Assembly (NCBI GenBank): GCA_041659505.1
Contig: JBAZYF010000001.1
Span: 321,719-385,718, forward strand
Origin: Parcubacteria group bacterium
GTDB taxonomy: Bacteria > Patescibacteriota > Minisyncoccia > Moranbacterales > UBA2206
DNA length: 64,000 nt
Direction: 5' to 3'
Shown piece after piece: positions 1 through 8,229 of this stretch; position 1 is the first letter of the stretch; the number at the start of each line of letters is the position of its first letter. The notes beneath the pieces are model-generated. The model did not search any database. It had not been told where the DNA came from and saw nothing but the letters and a program-made list of their open reading frames with translations. A program made the translations under genes and the position numbers.

Positions 1-901
1 ATTCTTTGATGGCCTTTTCGGTAGCTTGTTCATTGCTAACTTTCCCAGCATTTTGTAACACACCCTTGCCATAATTTTTAACAAATTTATCTAATTCCGC
101 CACCCAATCAACCATACGCATTTTTTGTTTTTCTCGGGCTTTTATTTCAGCCAAATCAAAGAATGCCGAAACCATGCGGTTGAGCCGAAACAATTCGTCT
201 TCGGTAAGATAGTTTTTTGCCACTGTAACTTCAGATAATATTGGCAATACTCCAGCAAAAGTGGTCAGTCCCATAAAATCTTTTTTGGCATCGGCTCTTT
301 CGGCGATTGTTTCCGCGGCGGTGTACTGATTGGTCGCATAATGAAGTTTGTTTTGCACCACCTTAAAAAATGCAATTGATTCAGAACCATGAGGATCATA
401 ATCAATGCTCGTAGCATACAAATCCAACACCTGACGATAAAGAGCTTTTTCACTGCTTCGAATATCACGGATGCGATCAAGCAATTCTTTCCAATAATCT
501 CCCCCGCCGGTCCCCTTGAGCCTCTCATCGTCAATCACAAAACCTTTAACAATATACTCTCTTAATTTTTGCGTCGCCCAAATGCGGAATTGTGTACCGC
601 GTGATGATTTCACGCGATAGCCAACGGAAATAATTACATCAAGATTATAGTTTTTTACAAGGTAATTTTTGCCATCAGAAGCAGTTGTCGAGTATTCCTC
701 GGTAACTGAACTTTCCCCTAGCTCAGCCTCTTTGAAGATATTTTTTAGGTGCAAGCTAATATTATCGACACTGCAATCAAAAAGCTCCGCCATTTGCTTT
801 TGCGAAAGCCAAACGGTCTCGTCTTTCATCCGCACCTCAATCTTAGTCTCGCCGTCTGCGGTGTTATAGATAATTATTTGGTTTTGGATTGCTTTTTTCA
901 T
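1..901 (-). CDS. rhuM: RhuM-family virulence/fitness protein; ATG at 901, C-terminus runs past the window start
   Basis: My own minus-strand translation from ATG at 899-901 gives MKKAIQNQIIIYNTADGETKIEVRMKDETVWLSQKQMAELF...YLVKNYNLDVIISVGYRVKSSRGTQFRIWATQKLREYIVKGFVIDDERLK, which matches the RhuM family block. The frame stays open to position 1. The ORF-track entry 265..534 is an alternate frame of the same DNA. Confidence 0.8.
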   Translation of the reverse strand, partial: MKKAIQNQIIIYNTADGETKIEVRMKDETVWLSQKQMAELFDCSVDNISLHLKNIFKEAELGESSVTEEYSTTASDGKNYLVKNYNLDVIISVGYRVKSSRGTQFRIWATQKLREYIVKGFVIDDERLKGTGGGDYWKELLDRIRDIRSSEKALYRQVLDLYATSIDYDPHGSESIAFFKVVQNKLHYATNQYTAAETIAERADAKKDFMGLTTFAGVLPILSEVTVAKNYLTEDELFRLNRMVSAFFDLAEIKAREKQKMRMVDWVAELDKFVKNYGKGVLQNAGKVSNEQATEKAIKE

Positions 902-904
902 ATT

Positions 905-940
905 TTTTTATTACTGAATTTATTCAGGAATTATTTATAG
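905..940 (-). promoter_or_regulatory. Shared upstream motif (copy 1), directly 5' of the rhuM start
   Basis: TTATTACTGAATTTATTCAGGAATTATTTATAG contains the palindrome CTGAAT-TT-ATTCAG. A similar block occurs at 5064-5100, directly 5' of the AbrB-like gene. Confidence 0.4.
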
Positions 941-1105
941 CCATTAACTCACTTTGTCCAGAAACCGATGTCGGTGCCGAGAAGGAATACGAGAATAGCA
1001 AAAAGAATTTTTATTTTTTTATTTTCTGGATGAAGTAGTACTTGTTTATTTTTTGCAAGTTTGCGCCATTAACTTTTTTATTTAATAAGTTGATTTATTA
1101 TGTAA

Positions 1106-3793
1106 TTATCGTGCCTCAAACTCAATTTTTCTCAACTGAATCATTTCATCTTCTCTTTTTCTCTCTTCTTCCGCTTTTTCTTTGAATTTTTCAATCATTC
1201 TTAAGGCAAATTTTTTAACCCATCCTTCATTTTTATTAACATAATCTTCTAATAATTTGACTTTTTCTTTATAAGCCTCGGAAAAACCGTGTACCCCCAT
1301 AACTGTTCCCGTTGAATACATAACGGACTCGACTCTATCTAAGACTTCCTTATCGGTGGTTTTTTTCACAATTTCAAAGCAAATTTCAAACGGTGGAACA
1401 TTGACAGTTCTCAAGATATCAATTGCATTGTTAAAACTTTTTTTGTCTCCTCGATTAATAATATTTTTTAAAACATCTGCAAAAGATAAATTCATTTTTT
1501 CAATAAATTCACCTAATTCCCAATTATACACGCTCCAGTCTTTTGTCATTTTTTCGGACCATTCAGAAACATATTCAAGATACCCATTTTTTTGATCCTC
1601 ACTGATATATTTTATCAAATCATCATTGAAATGATACGGAATCGCGTTATATCGCCTGTCTTTAAATTTTTTCTTCGGATTTTCTTTATCGGCCTTCTGA
1701 ATTCTTTTTAAAAACACCTCCATCAATTGGTCGAAATATTTTTCACCAATACCTAAGAGAATATTTTGCGCGCTATGATCCAGATCACTCAATTCCACTA
1801 GCCTCTTTAAAATATAATTCCTCAAGCCATTACTCCAATTTGAGATATGCGCCATTCGCTTGCTATTCATAAAATCCAACTCCCTGACATATAAACTCAG
1901 TAATTCTTGGTTGCTTTCCATTTCTTCAATTATTAATTTCTCTATTGCAATAGGATTTTTTTCGAATATTTGCAAAAGTCCAGAAAATAAAGAGGAGTGC
2001 AATAATAATTTATTAGTTCCTTTCGCCCTCAAAAATTTATATTTTCCTTTGCCCACTATGGATTTCCTTAGTAAATCTATGTCGCTTTGCCTGACAACTT
2101 TTTTTATATCTTTTGCATCAATATACATTAAAGAAACGAATGCTGTGGAAAGCAAGTCGGATGATTTAATTTCAATTATTTTCTCGACATATCTATCCCA
2201 AAGTATAACATTGTTTTTTCGCCTAAAACCAGACAGAAAATAATCAACGAAGTTAATGAGTGGTTTTTTATTTTTAAATGCGTCATCTAATAACATTTCG
2301 GCAATCATTGGCTTTTCTTCGGCAATTCTTTGCATAAAATTGTTAAACCCCTGAAGCGTCCACCCCTCAATAACATTTTTATATTTTGCAATATTATCCA
2401 AAGTTTCAATCCATCCATTAACATTGTCGTCATTTATTTTTTTAAGAGAATCATCAATTTTATCATCCTTCTTTTTTTGCCAAGCCTCATAACCTCCTTC
2501 ATGATAAACAACATCGCCAATAAGCATTCTGTATAGCCCGTAGAATTCATCTTCTCTGATCTTTTTTGTTATGTTTTCAATCTTTTTCTTATCAATAAAT
2601 TCATCCCCTTTCGACATCCAATACAGCCTATTCTCAATTTCAAGAATAATTGGTGCTTCGGCTATAATACTGCTTTTTTTATCGAAAATTACTTTTTCAT
2701 AAAATCCTACAATATAATTCAAATCATCCGCAACAAACTTTCTTCCTTTTTCATCAATACTAGAGTGAACTCTGGAAGCGTTTTCAAGAACATTAAGTAA
2801 ACTGATTTTTTCTTTTATATCCTCACTGTGATTAAAAGTTTCCATAATTAAATTAATGGAGTCAACTCTTATCTTTTTCAGGTAATCGGTCGGAGATAAC
2901 GGACCTGATTTAAAGACCATCTTATTCGCCTCGACCATTTCTGTTCCCTCAAACTCAAATTGCAAAAACTCACCCACTACTAGATTTATAATTTCTAAAT
3001 ATTTATCCCGCTTTTTTTCTTTCCACCCCAAGATAATGTCTAAAATTTTTCTTTGTGTCGTGTAACCGATATTTTTCAGAGCGAAGTAATTATATTTGGT
3101 AAGATTTTTTATAGCATCTTTTGATTTTTCAGAAATCTTTCCGTCTATTTTTAGATCAATCAAAATCTCAAAAACATCTTCTGTCTTTATATATTTAATG
3201 TAGCTTAATAATTCAACGCATTTCAAAACAAGATCTTCATAATTCTTGCCATCATATGTTCCAAATTTAGTTTTATATTTTTTGACTCTGTTTGTTTTCT
3301 TGTTTTTAATAATATCCCTGACAATATCCAACGCAATTTCCGGAACTTTATATATAAATTCTTCCAGCAATTCTAATTTTTGAAAAATTTCATCATTATT
3401 TTTATTCTTCATTACCTCCATTTTCATTTTTAGCGACGTACTACTTAAAAATGAATTTGAAATGTCACTATCAATTTTTAGCAGTTTTGAAAAAGCCCTT
3501 TTCTTTTCTTCATGATTAAACAACTTTAAAATTTCTTCAATTTTTATAAAACGGAAAAACATAGTCCCTGCTTCTTTGCTATATTTCACAGTAAAAATAT
3601 CTCTTTCTTTTGAAACCAAGTCCATTTTTAATAAATCTTCTAGATATTTTTTTTGAAAATCTACAGTAACCCCGATAATATTTTCAATCTTTTCCATAAT
3701 TCCACTCTCGGTTTGCATATCTAAATGTCCCAATAAACTGATTATTGAGTAAAAATTATTTAATTTTTTTGGAATATTATTTTTTTTCATCAT
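1106..3793 (-). CDS. Large (895 aa) K/E/I/N-rich helical protein of unknown function; its start overlaps the stop of the upstream nuclease-like gene
   Basis: Long uninterrupted ORF. The MM start at 3788-3793 overlaps the stop of the 249-aa gene by 17 nt, suggesting translational coupling. I see no Walker, HEPN or other recognisable motif. The gene is very AT-rich compared with neighbouring housekeeping genes. Confidence 0.6.
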   Translation of the reverse strand: MMKKNNIPKKLNNFYSIISLLGHLDMQTESGIMEKIENIIGVTVDFQKKYLEDLLKMDLVSKERDIFTVKYSKEAGTMFFRFIKIEEILKLFNHEEKKRAFSKLLKIDSDISNSFLSSTSLKMKMEVMKNKNNDEIFQKLELLEEFIYKVPEIALDIVRDIIKNKKTNRVKKYKTKFGTYDGKNYEDLVLKCVELLSYIKYIKTEDVFEILIDLKIDGKISEKSKDAIKNLTKYNYFALKNIGYTTQRKILDIILGWKEKKRDKYLEIINLVVGEFLQFEFEGTEMVEANKMVFKSGPLSPTDYLKKIRVDSINLIMETFNHSEDIKEKISLLNVLENASRVHSSIDEKGRKFVADDLNYIVGFYEKVIFDKKSSIIAEAPIILEIENRLYWMSKGDEFIDKKKIENITKKIREDEFYGLYRMLIGDVVYHEGGYEAWQKKKDDKIDDSLKKINDDNVNGWIETLDNIAKYKNVIEGWTLQGFNNFMQRIAEEKPMIAEMLLDDAFKNKKPLINFVDYFLSGFRRKNNVILWDRYVEKIIEIKSSDLLSTAFVSLMYIDAKDIKKVVRQSDIDLLRKSIVGKGKYKFLRAKGTNKLLLHSSLFSGLLQIFEKNPIAIEKLIIEEMESNQELLSLYVRELDFMNSKRMAHISNWSNGLRNYILKRLVELSDLDHSAQNILLGIGEKYFDQLMEVFLKRIQKADKENPKKKFKDRRYNAIPYHFNDDLIKYISEDQKNGYLEYVSEWSEKMTKDWSVYNWELGEFIEKMNLSFADVLKNIINRGDKKSFNNAIDILRTVNVPPFEICFEIVKKTTDKEVLDRVESVMYSTGTVMGVHGFSEAYKEKVKLLEDYVNKNEGWVKKFALRMIEKFKEKAEEERKREDEMIQLRKIEFEAR

Positions 3794-4526
3794 TTTTTGA
3801 AATATATTTGAATTGTTCTTTTATATTTTCTGCTTCGTTTATCCTCTCTTGATTTAATAATTCATGTTCCTTTTTTAGCTTGTTGGTGCTTGGATCATTA
3901 ATAATTCTACCCACATCCTCTCCATTATAATTTCTTCGACTATTAACTTCTATAAATTCTCGTCTTAAGTCATTAATAATATCATCTTTACTTGCTAAAT
4001 TATTAGGCATTTGTTCGTTGCTGTACATTTTTTCCCAAATAGCAGGATACAAAGCAATGCATTTTTTTAATGATAAGCTTCCCGGTGACCACCATAAAAT
4101 TTGAGATTGACCAAGTCCCAAATTATTTATTTTTGGTATTGTGTCTAACAACCATTTATCCTGTTCTTTATATTTTGAAACTACACAATAGCAAGTTGGT
4201 CCAGTTTGACCCATTACCAACATGTCGATAATTTTGTCAGCTAGCTCTTTTTTATAAATTTTTTTTCCATACTTTCCTCTCAACTCATGACTCTTGCATT
4301 CAAACCACCAATCATACAGGACTCCATTATGTCTCCATTTTGCAGTTATATCCCTTCCGTTCTGATCTCCTGCTTGCTGAATACATGGCTCTAATATAAA
4401 CGTGCTTAATAAAAAACATTCTTTAATAAATATCTTTAAAAATTCACAAAATATTTTTTCAAACTTTGTTCCCTGTGCTTGAGAATTTTTATTTTTTTTA
4501 GTTTTAGTGAGATTACTTTTTGGCAT
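3777..4526 (-). CDS. Predicted PD-(D/E)xK (restriction-endonuclease-fold) nuclease, 249 aa
   Basis: Motif ...ILEPC...GDQNGRDITAKWRHNGVLYDWWFECKSH places an acidic residue, then D, then E-C-K at typical PD-(D/E)xK spacing. It is the first gene of an overlapping pair with the 895-aa ORF. Confidence 0.5.
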   Translation of the reverse strand: MPKSNLTKTKKNKNSQAQGTKFEKIFCEFLKIFIKECFLLSTFILEPCIQQAGDQNGRDITAKWRHNGVLYDWWFECKSHELRGKYGKKIYKKELADKIIDMLVMGQTGPTCYCVVSKYKEQDKWLLDTIPKINNLGLGQSQILWWSPGSLSLKKCIALYPAIWEKMYSNEQMPNNLASKDDIINDLRREFIEVNSRRNYNGEDVGRIINDPSTNKLKKEHELLNQERINEAENIKEQFKYISKNDEKK

Positions 4527-4549
4527 TTTTTCATGAACTTGAATATTTT

Positions 4550-4870
4550 TTATACAACCCGAATAAAAGTTCCACCCTCTCCGCTGAAGAATTGAAGGGG
4601 GTTTTTGCCATAGGCGTTGTCCAAACTTCTTCCTTTGGACTTATGTTCAACCAAAAGCATCCCCGACCAAAACAAATCAACAAAACCTTGATTTCCTCCG
4701 TATTTTTTCACATGCACTTCAAATTGCGCCAAACGCCTCCGAGTCAATCCAAGCACATTGAAAAATCCATCCCAAAAAGATTTGGCTTCCGCGTCTTCCG
4801 AGCCTTCATCTTCCCATTCTTTGGAAAATTCAATCGCTCTTGATTTTATTTCATTCCATGATAGTGGCAT
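4550..4870 (-). pseudogene. Truncated N-terminal nuclease domain of an MmeI-family (Type IIL) restriction-modification enzyme
   Basis: MPLSWNEIKSRAIEFSKEWEDEGSEDAEAKSFWDGFFNVLGLTRRRLAQFEVHVKKYGGNQGFVDLFWSGMLLVEHKSKGRSLDNAY...FFSG aligns well, as I remember it, with the MmeI N-terminus (MALSWNEIRRKAIEFSKRWED...GFVDLFWPGILLIEMKSRGKDLDKAYDQALDYFSG), including the D-x9-ExK catalytic residues. The ORF stops about 105 aa in, with no helicase-like or methyltransferase part downstream. The likely true start is the internal ATG at 4870, not the ORF-track start. Confidence 0.5.
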
Positions 4871-4880
4871 AAAATTATTC

Positions 4881-5060
4881 TTATTTCTTCCAATCCTTAA
4901 CCAATACCCCTCCCCGAACACGTTTCACTACGACCTTTTGTTTGTCCTTCCAGCCAAGCTCGCGGACGACTTCGATGGGCAGAGTGAGACCGATGGATTT
5001 TCCGCCACCGGATTTGGTTAATTTTCTGATATTACTTTCTTCTGCTTTTCGCCTTGGCAT
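4881..5060 (-). CDS. AbrB/MazE/SpoVT-family small DNA-binding protein (59 aa), antitoxin-like
   Basis: Not in the ORF track because it is under 60 aa. My translation is MPRRKAEESNIRKLTKSGGGKSIGLTLPIEVVRELGWKDKQKVVVKRVRGGVLVKDWKK. The segment KLTKSGGG-SIGLTLPIEVVRELGW is the AbrB/MazE swapped-hairpin signature. Confidence 0.5.
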   Translation of the reverse strand: MPRRKAEESNIRKLTKSGGGKSIGLTLPIEVVRELGWKDKQKVVVKRVRGGVLVKDWKK

Positions 5061-5063
5061 ATG

Positions 5064-5100
5064 TTTTGATTTATTACTGAATTAGTTCCTGAATTTATCC
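5064..5100 (-). promoter_or_regulatory. Shared upstream motif (copy 2), directly 5' of the AbrB-like gene start
   Basis: TTATTACTGAATTAGTTCCTGAATTTATCCTAA. The first 13 nt are identical to copy 1. Confidence 0.4.
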
Positions 5101-5271
5101 TAATTCTACAACAAATCATAGCTTTAGTAAAACAGGCTTTTTCACCAAAAAACCCGCGAATGAGCGGGGTGCTTTAAATTGCTTGGTAATAATTTAGTAA
5201 AACAAAGGTCGCCTTCGCGTACCTTCTGGCGGACTGCGTCACGCCGAAGGTCCGCTACGGCGAATCAATAG

Positions 5272-5358
5272 CGGAAGGAGAGGGATTTGAACCCTCGATG
5301 CCCGTTAAGGCATGCCGCATTTCGAGTGCGGTACTTTCAACCACTCAGCCATCCTTCC
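5272..5358 (-). tRNA. tRNA-Ser(CGA), long variable arm
   Basis: Reverse complement is GGAAGGATGGCTGAGTGGTTGAAAGTACCGCACTCGAAATGCGGC...CGAGGGTTCAAATCCCTCTCCTTCCG. The cloverleaf has a 7-bp acceptor stem, anticodon loop CTCGAAA and an extended variable arm. Confidence 0.8.
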
Positions 5359-5384
5359 AAGACTATCCTGAACTGAAAATTTTG

Positions 5385-5458
5385 TGTTCTCAGGGGGGTT
5401 CGAACCTCCGACCTCAGGTTCCGGAAACCTGCGCTCTATCCAACTGAGCTATGAGAAC
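5385..5458 (-). tRNA. tRNA-Arg(CCG)
   Basis: Reverse complement is GTTCTCATAGCTCAGTTGGATAGAGCGCAGGTTTCCGGAACCTGAGGTCGGAGGTTCGAACCCCCCTGAGAACA, with anticodon loop TTCCGGA. There is one A-C mismatch in the T stem. Confidence 0.7.
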
Positions 5459-5471
5459 TGAAAAACTTTTG

Positions 5472-5544
5472 TGGACTTGAGGAGAGTCGAACTCCTGACC
5501 CCTACAATGCGAATGTAGTGCTCTACCAACTGAGCTACAAGCCC
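5472..5544 (-). tRNA. tRNA-Ala(CGC)
   Basis: Reverse complement is GGGCTTGTAGCTCAGTTGGTAGAGCACTACATTCGCATTGTAGGGGTCAGGAGTTCGACTCTCCTCAAGTCCA. The G3-U70 Ala identity pair is present and the anticodon loop is TTCGCAT. Confidence 0.8.
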
Positions 5545-5644
5545 GAAATTAAGCATATTATCAATCTAGCACGCCTAATCGGTTTTGTGTAGTCTGGCAC
5601 GCGGAAAGACGTGGCAGTGCCACGTCTCTACAAGCATGCCCAAT

Positions 5645-6139
5645 CTAATTCCTGCCACAACCATGGCAGTTTGCGCCGGGACCAAAATTGCCGCCTGGGG
5701 TGATATTTTTCATCATCCCCCGCATCGGTCCTTGCTGTAGCCAGACATTATCCAGCCCGGTCATATCAATAACGATTCCTGTAGCAATAATTGCCAGGAC
5801 AAAACCCAAGATCAAAAACCAAAAATTCTTCTTATAGGAAAAATCAAATTTGCGCATTAAAACTACGCCGATTATTAATGCTAAAATTGCGACCAGCGGA
5901 ACCCAGAGCGGAAAACTGGTGAGCAATTGTTCTAGGCGAAATTGCCCCATCGGTCCGTGCGTACGAAACATAAAGCGCATCAGGCTGACTAAAAAAATTG
6001 CTGTGACGCTTGACGCAACCAATCCAGTGAAAACAAAGATTGATCCAAGGATAAAATAAATCCGGGGGCGCATCTTGATTTGACCTTTGTTAATTTTTTC
6101 CATCACGGCGCTGGAAATATTTACTGATTCTTTTGGCAT
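5645..6139 (-). CDS. Membrane protein in an operon with the ECF sigma factor (putative anti-sigma factor)
   Basis: Several hydrophobic segments. The start overlaps or abuts the stop of the sigma gene. Confidence 0.5.
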   Translation of the reverse strand: MPKESVNISSAVMEKINKGQIKMRPRIYFILGSIFVFTGLVASSVTAIFLVSLMRFMFRTHGPMGQFRLEQLLTSFPLWVPLVAILALIIGVVLMRKFDFSYKKNFWFLILGFVLAIIATGIVIDMTGLDNVWLQQGPMRGMMKNITPGGNFGPGANCHGCGRN

Positions 6140-6714
6140 ACTTTTTTCATTAATAATTTTGCGCGACTGATCCTAGTTGCCACTGTCCCCTGCGGTAGCT
6201 TTAAGATATCACCGATCTCTTCGTAGGATTTTTCTTCGATGCAATATAGCGCTAGCGGCTCGGAATAAGCCAGCGGGAGTTTGGCTAAACATTTTTCCAC
6301 CGCGGCGACAATTTCTTTTTGCGAATAATCTTTTTCCAAATCTTCCACGCTTTCAAAATCAAACTCTGGAAGCATCGGCAGTTCTTTTTGATATTTTTTC
6401 AAAACATTGAGCGCCTCGTTGTGCACGATGCGATAGATCCAGCTGGAAAATTTTTTCTTGAGATTAAACCCATTAAGATTAACAAAGGCGCTGATAAAAG
6501 CTTCCTGCACAACATCTTTGGCGCGGTGCTCATCTTTAACTAAATTATTAGCATAGCGCAAAAGCTTGGATTGATACCGCTCCATCAAGTACGCATAAAA
6601 TTCCTGATTTTCCAATCGAACTTTTTCCACAATCTCTTCATCGGTCAGTTTTTCAAAAGCGTTATTTTTGACAGCTTTATTTTGCATAATCTGATTATAG
6701 CAGAACTTACGCAT
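6121..6714 (-). CDS. RNA polymerase ECF-type sigma-70 factor
   Basis: Region 2 (YQSKLLRYA...DVVQEAFISAF...FSSWIYRIVHNEALN) and region 4 (LALYCIEEKSYEEIGDILKLPQGTVATRISRAKLLM) are recognisable. The annotated ATG lies inside the terminal repeat of element B1. The internal ATG at 6687 (MQNK...), preceded by TATAAT, is an alternative start. Confidence 0.75.
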   Translation of the reverse strand: MRKFCYNQIMQNKAVKNNAFEKLTDEEIVEKVRLENQEFYAYLMERYQSKLLRYANNLVKDEHRAKDVVQEAFISAFVNLNGFNLKKKFSSWIYRIVHNEALNVLKKYQKELPMLPEFDFESVEDLEKDYSQKEIVAAVEKCLAKLPLAYSEPLALYCIEEKSYEEIGDILKLPQGTVATRISRAKLLMKKVCQKNQ

Positions 6715-6879
6715 TCGCTCGAGTCAGCCGCATTTTCTAAAAAAATCTTGTCTGAGAATGCCTTTTTTCTTCAAAATTTTCCATTGGTTGCCGTCGATTG
6801 AGGGAAAATTTTGAAAAGAAAAAAGAGCGTTCGAGTTATTTTTTTAGAAAATACGGCTGTGAGGTGAAATGTATAAGTT
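6704..6879. repeat. Palindromic ~175-bp element, family B, copy 1 (abuts sigma-factor start)
   Basis: Near-identical to 35340-35517. Termini ACTTACGCATT...TTTTCTAAAAA / TTTTTAGAAAAT...ATAAGTT. Contains the internal palindrome TTCAAAATTTTCC / GGAAAATTTTGAA. Confidence 0.6.
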
Positions 6880-6937
6880 CTAAAAATATTAAGCTCCAGC
6901 AGAACTGGAGCTTAAATATAACTTGCCTCGTCAACGC

Positions 6938-7318
6938 TTAGCGATTTTGGCAATTCCCCATTCCCCTGCCGGCACCAGTACCATTTTTCAGTCCCAGTCC
7001 AAGTTCTGCGCGAATTTTTTGCGCTCCGGCTAAATCACCACTTTCTGCTAAACGATGCGCTTCGGCAAATCTCGCAAAATTGCTTTCATTCACAACTTGC
7101 ATCGCTCGACCGCGTCCCGCCATCAGACTTTTCCAAGCATTGTAATCATTATTTTTAAATGCTTCTAGCATTGCTTCGTGTCGCTCCTCCGAATAGTTAG
7201 GTCCCTTAACATTTGGATCGCCCTCGTATGCCTGCGAGCTATTAGCAAACGCCACTGCACCACCCAAAATAATTGCTAGCGCGCCTAATCCTATGATTGT
7301 TTTTTTCGTATTATTCAT
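6938..7318 (-). CDS. Small secreted or membrane-anchored hypothetical protein (126 aa)
   Basis: N-terminal hydrophobic signal/anchor (TIIGLGALAIILGGAVAFA). Nothing else recognisable. Confidence 0.45.
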   Translation of the reverse strand: MNNTKKTIIGLGALAIILGGAVAFANSSQAYEGDPNVKGPNYSEERHEAMLEAFKNNDYNAWKSLMAGRGRAMQVVNESNFARFAEAHRLAESGDLAGAQKIRAELGLGLKNGTGAGRGMGNCQNR

Positions 7319-7336
7319 ATAATTTTATTTGTTTAG

Positions 7337-7471
7337 GACTTACGCATTTGGCTGGGAAAAGTTCGCATGGTAATCTTTTTTAGCATCCTCAGGCTTTTGG
7401 TAAACCAGAGAGGGAAAACCAAGTTGCGGTAACCGTGCTTTCAGAATTTTTTCCAGGCAAATGCGTAAGTC
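7337..7471. repeat. Structured intergenic element, family A, copy 1
   Basis: Conserved ~75-nt core (TTTTTTAGCATCC.CAGG.CTTTTGGTAAACCAG..AGGGAAA.CCAA..TG.GG.AACCGTGCTTT.AGAAT) closed by a 25-bp inverted repeat (GACTTACGCATTTGGCTGGGAAAAG / TTTTTTCCAGGCAAATGCGTAAGTC). Confidence 0.6.
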
Positions 7472-7544
7472 CTATATTAGATTAATTAAGTTTATCGACC
7501 CTTCTAATATTAATACAATCTGAGATGCGTTTTTCTTTCACTTG

Positions 7545-7570
7545 CAAAAAAGCGCCCTTTTGAGGCGCTT
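7545..7570 (-). terminator. Rho-independent terminator after the DUF4340 gene
   Basis: AGCGCC-CTTTTGA-GGCGCT hairpin followed on the minus strand by TTTTTT. Confidence 0.7.
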
Positions 7571-7594
7571 TTAGACAAGTTAATCAGAAAAAAA

Positions 7595-8209
7595 CTAAAT
7601 GCTAGAAGATTTTGAGGTAGGAGTGGTTTTGGTTGGCGCATTGTTGGTAGGTGCGGTCTTGTCCGCACTTGCATCAGGAGCGGATTTTTGCCATTTGGTT
7701 GCGTCCCAAGTCAGTTTGTCTCGCAGGGCGCTTTCCACCAGATAGGTGTTTTTGATTCCGTCTTTTCGCATATAAAACTGGTTAGGCACACTGCTGGCTT
7801 TTCCCACTAGGAAAATATTGTCTTGGCCGTTTTTTGTGATGATCAGTTGAATAGCACTTGCACTGTCAACGCCAAATTTAGCTTGATTAGTTTCGGTTTG
7901 AGAAACCATTTCTCCGACTTTAAGACCCTTGAGTTCCGTAAAAAAGTCAGCCACTTTTTGAGCGTCTGCTTCATCATTGCCAATCAGCCATTTTCCGTCC
8001 TGGAAAGAAAGCGTTTTTTCCGCACTGGCATTTTTAATCACAATTTTCCCCACAGAACTTTCCGAGAAATCCGAAAAATTAAGACTGATATTTTTGGGCG
8101 CGCTGGCATCCTTGTTCCCATTAATCATCCGACCGACAAAAGGCAGGGCAACAATCACGGCCATGACAATAAAAACGCCTGTTAAAATTTTTAGCATTTG
8201 ATTATTCAT
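7595..8209 (-). CDS. DUF4340-like periplasmic protein associated with the GldG-type ABC system
   Basis: N-terminal TM anchor and position directly downstream of the GldFG-like gene. The C-terminus is a T/P/S-rich tail. Confidence 0.5.
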   Translation of the reverse strand: MNNQMLKILTGVFIVMAVIVALPFVGRMINGNKDASAPKNISLNFSDFSESSVGKIVIKNASAEKTLSFQDGKWLIGNDEADAQKVADFFTELKGLKVGEMVSQTETNQAKFGVDSASAIQLIITKNGQDNIFLVGKASSVPNQFYMRKDGIKNTYLVESALRDKLTWDATKWQKSAPDASADKTAPTNNAPTKTTPTSKSSSI

Positions 8210-8229
8210 AGTAAAAATAGGTTAATGAT

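Noticed and set aside
265-534. 89-aa ORF-track entry on the minus strand
   Set aside because: It is an alternate frame inside the rhuM coding sequence. The rhuM frame gives a family-typical protein across the same DNA.
4520-5021. Plus-strand ORFs 4520-4843 and 4758-5021
   Set aside because: They overlap the MmeI-like fragment and the AbrB-like gene on the opposite strand. They have no motifs or RBS and are probably antisense artefacts.
7337-7471. Attempt to assign family A to a known riboswitch or leader class
   Set aside because: The core does not resemble any riboswitch consensus I can recall (TPP, FMN, SAM, glycine, c-di-GMP, ykkC and others). It is left as an unclassified structured element.
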